64,000 nt of DNA from assembly GCA_963665095.1 (NCBI GenBank), contig OY762069.1:3872001-3936000 (forward strand), read 5' to 3'. Origin of the DNA: an uncultured Desulfobacter sp. Lineage in GTDB: Bacteria > Desulfobacterota > Desulfobacteria > Desulfobacterales > Desulfobacteraceae. Positions 40,589-48,115 of the stretch are shown one piece after another; positions within the stretch are counted from its first letter, which is position 1, and every line of letters starts with the position of its first letter. Both the position numbers and the translations under genes were made by a program. The notes under the pieces were generated by a model. The model was not told where the DNA came from, made no database searches, and saw only the letters and a program-made list of their open reading frames with translations.

Positions 40589-41394
40589 GTGAAATGTATC
40601 GCACCTTTTTTGGCTTATCCAGGGAGGCCTTCCCGGCGCAGATAGAAATTAATGATATCCTGGTTACCCCGGAGGTCTCGGGCGTTAAAAATCGGATTGA
40701 TTATTCCTTAAGACTTGGCTGCAGTGCGGTTATCACAGGGGATGTGGGCAGCGGAAAGTCCACCGCCTTAAGGTATGCCGCCTCATCCCTACACCCTTCG
40801 GAATACAAAGTCTTTTATGTTACGGCCTCAAGCGGTTCCATCATGGAACTTTACCGGCAGATTGTTGAAGAACTGGGCATAGAGCGGACATCGACGTCCC
40901 GCGCTGTTATGATCTCCATTATTAAAAATGAAATACGTGAATTCGTCCTGGGAAAAAAGATCAAAACCGTTTTGATTATAGATGAGGCATCTCTGCTTCG
41001 CATGGAAGTCTTTGCCGAACTTCACACCCTGGTTCAATTTGAAAAAGACGCCATGCCCTGGCTGCCTGTGATCCTTGCAGGTCAGCCGACATTGATAGAT
41101 AAGCTTCAGTACCGGACGTCAATCCCGTTTGCATCCAGGATTGTGGCTAAAAGCCATCTGGATGGTCTGGATGTGGCTGGAATGAAAACTTACCTGATCC
41201 ATCATTTAAAACTATGCGGTGTTGACACCAACTTTTTTTCTGACCAGGCGGTGACTGCGATTCATCAAGGCTCCGGCGGCCTTTTACGAAAGGCGAATAA
41301 TCTTGCCAGAGGCTCATTGATTGCTGCTGCGGCAGAAAAATCAATGACGGTATCTGCAGAGCATGTCCGCATTGCTTCATCGGAGATTTTTTAA
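40585..41394 (+). CDS. ExeA-family AAA ATPase (transposition helper)
   Basis: Walker A GDVGSGKST, Walker B LIIDEA and ILAGQP. Overlaps the transposase stop. Confidence 0.88.
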   Translation: MSEMYRTFFGLSREAFPAQIEINDILVTPEVSGVKNRIDYSLRLGCSAVITGDVGSGKSTALRYAASSLHPSEYKVFYVTASSGSIMELYRQIVEELGIERTSTSRAVMISIIKNEIREFVLGKKIKTVLIIDEASLLRMEVFAELHTLVQFEKDAMPWLPVILAGQPTLIDKLQYRTSIPFASRIVAKSHLDGLDVAGMKTYLIHHLKLCGVDTNFFSDQAVTAIHQGSGGLLRKANNLARGSLIAAAAEKSMTVSAEHVRIASSEIF

Positions 41395-42043
41395 GAAAAA
41401 ACAGCCATAGAGCAGAATATTACGATTTCGGTGAAACGGAGCCGGGCTCTGCTGAGGAGCAACCTGGTAAGGGATAGCCGGAAGCAGGCAGCATTGAATA
41501 ATGCGCCAGGGGAAGTGGGGATTACCTGCTTCCCCTTTCTGCTTTATTCAAGCTGTTCTGCCTATGCCTTAAAAACCTACTGAGAAGGAGCGCAGCGACT
41601 TCTGTAGCTGTCTTAAATAATATGGAAAAGATTTAATCTGTTCAAAATAATTAGAAAATTTAAGTCAGGATAAAATGCGACTCAACAATGGGAAAGCAAA
41701 TGACGGCAATAGCTGGTGCGCCATCAGCAGCTTTACGCTGTTAAAAGACTGTAGATGCGTATCGCAAAGGTTGTTAAAGTAGCACACGGCATATGCGCCA
41801 GAGGTTCTTTCAAAAGGATGCATTTTCTTTTGACTCGGAAAAAGAACAGTGCTTTCCGAGAGAATGCTCAAGGACATATGCTATGAAATAACTGTAAATT
41901 TCATTATTGCTAAAACAACCGGGCGGCCCGCAAGGCTTAGTCTTAGAAATGCTTGAGCCGTATGATGGGAAACTGTCACGTACGGTTCTGAGGGGGCCTG
42001 GGGTAGATAACTACCCCAGGCTACCCGATTTTCAAAAAAATCG

Positions 42044-42080
42044 TTGCACGGATCCAAAAGTAATACTACAATGGTATTAC
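42044..42080 (+). promoter_or_regulatory. TA promoter with overlapping palindromic operator
   Basis: TTGCAC-17 nt-TACAAT. GTAATAC/GTATTAC inverted repeat spans the -10. Confidence 0.65.
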
Positions 42081-42100
42081 ATTATCAAAGGAGATTTATT

Positions 42101-42325
42101 ATGCGTGTAACCACAAAAGGCCAAGTCACTATCCCCAAGAATGTAAGGGAAATATTAGGTATTGCTCCAGAGACAGACGTTGATTTTCAAGAAGATAACG
42201 GAAGATTTTATCTGGTCAAAGTATCAAAAAACAAACCGACCTCTAAATTTTCGAAGTTAAGGGGGATTGCTACAGCTAAAATGTCTACAGACGAAATCAT
42301 GAATATGACAAGAAAAATAAAATGA
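42101..42325 (+). CDS. AbrB/MazE/SpoVT-family antitoxin
   Basis: MRVTTKGQVTIPKNVREILGI, with AGGAG RBS. Confidence 0.9.
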   Translation: MRVTTKGQVTIPKNVREILGIAPETDVDFQEDNGRFYLVKVSKNKPTSKFSKLRGIATAKMSTDEIMNMTRKIK

Positions 42326-42726
42326 ACGGAATTTTCATTGATTCGTGTGTGTTGCTTGATCTGTTTACGAATGATTCTAAATGGGGAAACTGGTCTGAAG
42401 ACGTATTAAGTCAGTGTAGCCAGACGAATACATTATTCATTAATTCAATTGTGTATACCGAAATATCAATTGGTTTCAACCGTATTGAAGAAGTCGAGGA
42501 AGCTGTTGAACAAGTGGGTGTAAAAGTCCTGGAAATTCCACGCGAAGCTTTGTTTTTGGCTGGAAAGACATTCCTTGAGTATCGAAGAAATAAGGGCACT
42601 AAAAGTTCAACCCTTCCGGATTTCTTCATTGGTGCTCACGCTACAGTATCTTCATTTGACTTAGTCACAAGGGACATTGCAAAATATAGAACGTATTTCC
42701 CAAACATAAAACTTATTTGCCCATGA
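42322..42726 (+). CDS. vapC: VapC/PIN-domain toxin
   Basis: IFIDSCVLLD, YTEISIGF, LPDFFIGAHA and VTRD. Confidence 0.9.
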   Translation: MNGIFIDSCVLLDLFTNDSKWGNWSEDVLSQCSQTNTLFINSIVYTEISIGFNRIEEVEEAVEQVGVKVLEIPREALFLAGKTFLEYRRNKGTKSSTLPDFFIGAHATVSSFDLVTRDIAKYRTYFPNIKLICP

Positions 42727-42814
42727 TTTGCTTCAAGACGTGGTCGCAAACAAATTTTGAACTTTATACCAAGCGAATAGGGATAGGACTCCCCATCACT
42801 GAGGAGCCCTCCCA

Positions 42815-43733
42815 GGTGAGTAGCCCAAAGGAACTTCCCCTTCAGGCTCTCTCAGAACCGGTCGTGAATCTCTCGACTCATCCGGCTCCTATCGTTCAGC
42901 CGTTTTTTTTTCAGGACACGCCAATGTACAAAAAGGTTCGGCTGTCGTTCAGCAATCTGTGTCAACCATCTTGTGGCCTTTTGTTGACGTCCCCTGAGTT
43001 TCTTATATTTACAGGTTGCCCAACGTACTAACCGCCAATTTATATGATGGAGAATCCCAGACATCTCAGAAGGATTGTACCGCCCGTAATAATTAATCCA
43101 GCCTTGAATTATTGGATTACATTCTATAGCCAGATCCTCAAGCGTGTCCCCTGGCCGTAATTGCCAGTTCCAACTGCGTACTTTCTGTCTGATTGCCTTT
43201 GCAGCCTTGTTGCTTATCGCTGGTGTGAAGTTTTCAAAAAATTTTCCTCTGCGATTTCTTGATAATCTGGGCCGAAATGTATACCCTAGAAAATCAAACT
43301 TCATAACAGGATAATCTCCTTTTCGATCTTCATCCTTGCAATAAACTATTTTTGTCTTTTCAGGGTGCAGCTCCAACCCACATTCACCAAACCTTAACTC
43401 CAAGTCAGCTTTCAACTGTTTGGCTAATGGTTCAGTTCTGCAGTGGCAAACAGCATCATCGGCATATCGCTCAAAAGGCACATACGAATAGTTTCGCTGC
43501 ATCCAATGATCGAAAACATAATGCAAAAATAAATTTGCCAGCAAGGGACTAACCACTCCTCCTTGCGGAGTTCCTTTTTGCGGATAAACAAGTGATCCGT
43601 CCGGCATTGCGATTGGGGCCTTTAGCCACCGTTCAACATACAAAAGTACCCAGCGACAATCTGTGTGTTTTACTACAGCTCTCATCAAAAGTTCATGATT
43701 GATATTGTCAAAAAATCCTTTCTCATGGCACAC
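42815..43733 (-). pseudogene. Class D intron with both termini but a large internal deletion (only the 3' two-thirds of the RT remains)
   Basis: GTGTGCCATGAG joined directly to the KGFFDNI codons. The remainder is near-identical to 31564-32470. Confidence 0.85.
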
Positions 43734-43786
43734 CACCACCCGGCATACGGATCACGTACCAAGGCGGTTCGGCTGATTTCGAAAAA

Positions 43787-44858
43787 TCAGTTCCCGGGCA
43801 GATACAATCCTTTCTTAACAAAATACATTTCAGGCATGGCAATGGCCACCCACTTGATTTTGCTCATGTGCCAATACTTTTTGCGTGCGTTGCCGCACAG
43901 CATGGCGTCCTGATGAGAAATACCAAGTTTTTCCAGGTTACGGACCCTGGTCCCAGGGTTTTTCCATTGTTTCCAAACAAGACTTCTCAGCCGTCGCAGT
44001 ATCCAGACCTTGAGTTCTTTCAGAAAATAGCGGGTTTCCGTGAGCCGGAAATATCCCCACCACCCTCGGAAATACTGGTTCAAGTCCTGAATCACTTGCC
44101 ACAGACTTTTACCCCGTTTACGGCAGGTTAATTCCCGGACCTTATCCTTGAACCGTTTCATACTCTTGGCATGAATCCGGATCTTGGACTGCCCACACAT
44201 TTGGAAATATGTGAATCCTAAGAATTTACCTATCCACGGTCTGCTTACAGCACTCTTATCCTGGTTTACCTTGAGCTTGAGTTTCACAGTCAGAAACCGG
44301 GTGATACTCTGCATAACCCGCTGGGCTGCTCTCAGGTATGGCCTTCAACCATATACCCCTTCCCCTGTATCACTGCATCGTGTGCGGATCTGCCGGGCCT
44401 GAATCCATAACTGAATTCAGAAAAAGAGGGGTCCCAGACCTGTTCAAGGACCTGGCTCAATTTATCATGACCATCGACACCTGGGATATGGCCTGCTGGA
44501 TAAACCGGTCCAGCACTGTTGGGATTCCAAGTAAACGGACACCGCCATCCGGTTTAGGGATTTCCTTCCTTTTAACCGGCAGCGGTTTGTACCTGCATTC
44601 CAGCAGGTCTTGTTTGATTTCAGGCCAGTGCTTTGCAAGGTAGCTGCCAAGCTGGCTGGTTTTCATGCCATCCACTCCTGGGGCACCCTTGTTTGCACAG
44701 ACATGCTTCCATGCCAGGATAATGTTGTTACGTTCAAGAATCATCTCCATTAAACGGGCATTGTTTCCCAGACGTTCGGCAATCTGTGACGCTGGAAACA
44801 GTTCCAACTGCTGTGGCGATCTGTTCACAAGTACACATCTCCTATTTGTCGTTATCAT
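43787..44858 (-). pseudogene. ltrA: Class C intron RT, disrupted by a small insertion and by deletion of the central RT domains including YADD
   Basis: N-terminal fragment (NKGAPGVDG, LLGIPTVLDRFIQQA). C-terminal fragment (LKVNQDKS, FLGFT, RGWWGYF). Confidence 0.85.
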
Positions 44859-45042
44859 TTACCCGGACCATTCGGCCCGGGCACCGTTCAGGCCTTCACC
44901 GGGGTGAGTCCTCCCTGGTTTGCAGGGCTCGTTTCCTCCGACTACTATGCCCTCTGCTGACTTCTCCCATGCGGCCAGGACCAGTTACCCGGCCCTCAGC
45001 TCCCCATTCGATTTTAAAAACAACCATACTTGTACAAAATAA

Positions 45043-45071
45043 TGGACAAGTTTAAAATCAAGTATTATACT
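45043..45071 (+). promoter_or_regulatory. Promoter of the yefM-yoeB cassette
   Basis: TGGACA-17 nt-TATACT, with a TTGTACAA palindrome just upstream. Confidence 0.6.
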
Positions 45072-45104
45072 TGTGCTATAAAGAGAACAAGTTTGGAGAA
45101 TGTT

Positions 45105-45359
45105 ATGAGAATTATAAATTTTAGTGAAGCACGAAACAATTTAAAAACTGTTTTGAATCAAGTGGCGGACGATGCTGATTATACAATCATCACACGTCGT
45201 GATTCAGAGGACGCTGTTGTCATGTCACTGGAGACTTTCAATAGTTTCATGGAGACTTTTTACCTTCTCAGGTCACCTGCCAACGCGGCACATTTAACAA
45301 AATCTATTCAACAATTTAAAAATGGGAAAGTTCAGGAAAGAGATCTAATAAATGAATAG
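45105..45359 (+). CDS. yefM: YefM antitoxin
   Basis: MRIINFSEARNNLKTVL..ITRR..METFYLLRSPANAAHL. Confidence 0.92.
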   Translation: MRIINFSEARNNLKTVLNQVADDADYTIITRRDSEDAVVMSLETFNSFMETFYLLRSPANAAHLTKSIQQFKNGKVQERDLINE

Positions 45360-45612
45360 AAAACTAACCTGGACCGGGGAAGCATGGAAAGACTATCTCT
45401 ACTGGCAAACACAAGACAAAAAGAAACTGAAAAGAATCAACAAACTCATTAATGACACAATGAGGCAACCATTTGAAGGCATAGGGAAACCTGAGCCATT
45501 GAGAGAAAATCTATCTGGGTTTTGGTCCCGAAGGATTGATGATACAAATCGTTTGGTTTACGCTGCAGATGATGATTTTCTTACAATCATTTCATGTAGA
45601 TATCATTATTAA
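45352..45612 (+). CDS. yoeB: YoeB/Txe toxin
   Basis: AWKDYLYWQ, GIGKPEPL, WSRRID and C-terminal SCRYHY. Confidence 0.95.
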   Translation: MNRKLTWTGEAWKDYLYWQTQDKKKLKRINKLINDTMRQPFEGIGKPEPLRENLSGFWSRRIDDTNRLVYAADDDFLTIISCRYHY

Positions 45613-45625
45613 AACATGGAATCGA

Positions 45626-45656
45626 ATCGTGATAGGACTCCCCCATTACTGAGGAG
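45626..45656 (-). mobile_element. 31-nt scar of a class C intron 3' end (DVI) in the last attC
   Basis: ATCGTGATAGGACTCCCCCATTACTGAGGAG matches the intron 3' ends at 31526, 33778 and 42777. Follows R'' ATCGA. Confidence 0.8.
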
Positions 45657-45819
45657 ATAATAATGAGCGTCTACAAATAAAGTGAACAAAACGCTGCTCG
45701 TACCCGGATAAATCCGAATCGCCCTGTCATTGCAACAATATGCACTTGATTTAGGTCCGCCCGGATAGTAAAGGTTGGAAACGCCGCATATACCAGATGC
45801 AGACAGACAAGAGGAGACC

Positions 45820-46752
45820 ATGACCGGGCTGACCACTTACAAAAAACTGTTCAATAACATTACAAGCGTGATCAAAGGCCAGGACGACACCATCACGCTG
45901 ATGCTGTCAGGATTTGCTGTAGGCGGCCATATTCTGCTGGAAGATGCCCCGGGCAACGGGAAAACCACGCTTGCCAAGGCCTTGGCGTTTTCTGCAGATG
46001 CGGATTTCAAACGCATCCAGTTCACCCCGGACCTTCTACCTTCGGATGTCTGCGGTGTTTCCATCTTTGATCCGTCCAAACAGGAATTCAGACTTCACAA
46101 GGGGCCGGTGTTCACCAATATTCTTCTGGCAGATGAAATCAACCGGGCCTCCCCCAGAACCCAGTCCGCTCTGCTTGAGGCCATGGCGGAATCCCAGGTC
46201 AGCATTGACGGCAACCGTCTGGCGCTGGATGATTTCTTTTTTGTTATTGCCACCCAGAACCCGGTGGAATCCAGGGGCACCTATCCCTTGCCCGAGGCCC
46301 AGATGGACCGGTTTGCCTTGAAGCTCTCCATGGGATATGTGGGGCCGAAAGACGAGGTGGACATCCTCACAAATCAGGAAAAATCAGAGCCGGTTGCCAA
46401 CCTTTCTCCCTGTATATCAAAATCAGATATCATGACCATGAAACAGTGTGTGGATGACGTCTTTATCAGTGAGGAACTCAAATTTTACATTGTCAGCCTG
46501 GTGGGGCAAACACGGACCCATAAGGGCATTACTTTAGGCGCCGGGCACAGGGCATCCATCACCCTGATGAAAACCGCCAAGGCCTGCGCGCTTTTTTCCG
46601 GCAGCGATTTTGTCACGCCCGAACATATCCAAAAGCTGGCCGTGCCGGTGATGGCCCACCGCCTGGTCCTGGATCCGGAATTCTGCTTTTCCGGCAACTC
46701 TTCTGCCGGCGTCATTCATGATATTGTCAGGGCCACCAAAGCCCCGGGTTAA
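45820..46752 (+). CDS. moxR: MoxR-family AAA+ ATPase
   Basis: EDAPGNGKT, RIQFTPDLLPSD, LADEINRA and YPLPEAQMDRF. Confidence 0.93.
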   Translation: MTGLTTYKKLFNNITSVIKGQDDTITLMLSGFAVGGHILLEDAPGNGKTTLAKALAFSADADFKRIQFTPDLLPSDVCGVSIFDPSKQEFRLHKGPVFTNILLADEINRASPRTQSALLEAMAESQVSIDGNRLALDDFFFVIATQNPVESRGTYPLPEAQMDRFALKLSMGYVGPKDEVDILTNQEKSEPVANLSPCISKSDIMTMKQCVDDVFISEELKFYIVSLVGQTRTHKGITLGAGHRASITLMKTAKACALFSGSDFVTPEHIQKLAVPVMAHRLVLDPEFCFSGNSSAGVIHDIVRATKAPG

Positions 46753-46765
46753 GGAAAATTGATCC

Positions 46766-48115
46766 ATGGCAAAGGCGTCAACAAGACTTCTCTACCGCAC
46801 CTATGTCCGTTTTGCCAGGTACGGCTTCTGGAAACAAAACAAGTTCACCGCCACCGGAAACATCTTAATATACGCCGTAATCCTGACCGCCTGCCTTGGC
46901 CTGGACACCTTCAGAAGCATGGTATACCAGTTATTTTCCCTGCTTGTATCCCTGTTTGCCGCATCTGCTCTCCTCTCCTTAAGGCAGGAAAAAGGGCTTT
47001 GTGCTAAACGGATCCTGCCGGAATACGGCAGCGCAGGCATTCCCATTGGCTACACCATCCTTATTGAAAACAGGACAAACCGCCTAAAGCAGGGGTTTGA
47101 AATCCGCGAGCGTTTGGGCAATACAACCCCTTCATTAAAAGATTTTTCCACTGCCAGGGAGCCGTTTGAGCATTTACGCAATGCCTGGGACAGGAAACTC
47201 AAGGTGCAGCGATGGAACTGGCTTGTCCGCAAAAGTGCAAATGCCCGTGTAGCTCGCATTCCTGTTCCGCCGGTCATGCAGGAAAGCAAAATCGAAGTCA
47301 TCGCAGAGCTGGTCCCCTTGAACCGGGGCTACATTTATTTAAAGGGGTTCACCTTTCTTAAAAAAGAGCCCCTGGGTCTCATGCGCGCCGTTTATCACAC
47401 GACCAGAGAAGAAAGGCTTCTGATACTGCCCAGACGGTATAAGGTGCCGGACCTTGTCCTGCCCGGGTCCAGAAAACACCATCGCGGCGGGGTTGCCCTG
47501 ACCTCCAAGGTGGGTAATGCCGATGAGTTCATCTCTTTAAGGGAGTACAGGCCAGGGGATCCCATGCGCCGTATCCACTGGAAAAGTCTTGCGAAAACAG
47601 GAAAACTCATTATCCGGGAAAACCAGGACGAACACTTTGTCAGACATGCCCTGATTCTGGATACCCATGTGCCCCGGGGTGAGGCATCCGACAAATTTGA
47701 AGCGGCCGTAAGCCTTGCAGCCTCCTATGTGTCAAAAATAAATACGAAAGAGTCTTTGCTGGATCTTTTTTTTGCCGGCAGCCGAATTTTTCATTACGCC
47801 TCAGGCAGGGGGCTTTCCGGCAGCAGAAAATTTCTGGAAATCCTGGCATTAATTCAGCCGGCAACCGAGAAGACATTTCAACCGGTGTCCCAGGCTGTAC
47901 TCAAGTATCAGTCGCTTCTAAGCGGCACTATTTTAATTTTCAGCAGCCTGGATCAGGACCGGCTGGAACTGATAAACCGCTTAAAAGCGGGTGGTACTGC
48001 AGTCACTGCGTTTTTGATTACCGATGCAGGCAGTGCAGCACCCTCTGGACGGGTTCATCTTCTCGATTATAAAAATATGCAAACCAGCCTGAACAGATTG
48101 AGACAACCGTCATGA
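46766..48115 (+). CDS. DUF58 domain protein
   Basis: EFISLREYRPGDPMRRIHWKSLAK; follows moxR. Confidence 0.88.
   Translation: MAKASTRLLYRTYVRFARYGFWKQNKFTATGNILIYAVILTACLGLDTFRSMVYQLFSLLVSLFAASALLSLRQEKGLCAKRILPEYGSAGIPIGYTILIENRTNRLKQGFEIRERLGNTTPSLKDFSTAREPFEHLRNAWDRKLKVQRWNWLVRKSANARVARIPVPPVMQESKIEVIAELVPLNRGYIYLKGFTFLKKEPLGLMRAVYHTTREERLLILPRRYKVPDLVLPGSRKHHRGGVALTSKVGNADEFISLREYRPGDPMRRIHWKSLAKTGKLIIRENQDEHFVRHALILDTHVPRGEASDKFEAAVSLAASYVSKINTKESLLDLFFAGSRIFHYASGRGLSGSRKFLEILALIQPATEKTFQPVSQAVLKYQSLLSGTILIFSSLDQDRLELINRLKAGGTAVTAFLITDAGSAAPSGRVHLLDYKNMQTSLNRLRQPS

Larger units (their letters stand above)
38590..41687 (+). mobile_element. Three-gene transposon (Zn-ribbon protein, DDE transposase, ExeA-type AAA ATPase)
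   Basis: Imperfect IRs TGTAGATTCCCGAAATAACCTGA and TGTTGAGTCGCATTTTATCCTGA. 4-bp duplication ATGG at 38586-38589 and 41688-41691. Confidence 0.82.
35494..42029 (+). mobile_element. Degenerate group IIB (CL1-like) intron, RT ORF mostly deleted, carrying two transposons
   Basis: 5' end GTGCG at 35494. DV GAGCCGTATGATGGGAAACTGTCACGTACGGTTC and DVI ending CTACCCGAT at 42029. RT N-terminal remnant VKRL*MRIAKVVK near 41740-41780. Confidence 0.82.
42777..45000 (-). mobile_element. Class C intron (ORF-containing, decayed, DI deleted) with an internally deleted class D intron at its DV/DVI junction
   Basis: IIC DVI at 42777-42814, class D at 42815-43733, IIC DV from 43734, RT fragments at 43787-44858. 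Confidence 0.85.
20434..45656 (+). mobile_element. Integron gene-cassette array without an adjacent integron integrase (CALIN-like), about 10 attC sites
   Basis: Same-strand AT-rich ORFs bounded by complementary core sites: GTTAGC/GCTAAC, GTTGTGC/GCACAA, GTTAGGC/GCCTAAC, GTTGGCC/GGCCA, GTTATAA/TTATAAC and ATTCGAT/ATCGA. Imperfect hairpins of a shared attC family. Confidence 0.9.

Noticed and set aside
38782..41394. ExeA ATPase as part of a type II secretion system, or as a Tn7/CAST system
   Set aside because: It is enclosed by IRs with a transposase. No secretion genes, TniQ or cas genes are present.
42701..42776. An extra attC or mini-cassette after the second vapC
   Set aside because: ACATAAA and GGTCGC only loosely resemble core sites and no convincing hairpin was found. 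The R'' before the intron (GCGA) does not match GTTATG, so this boundary is unresolved.
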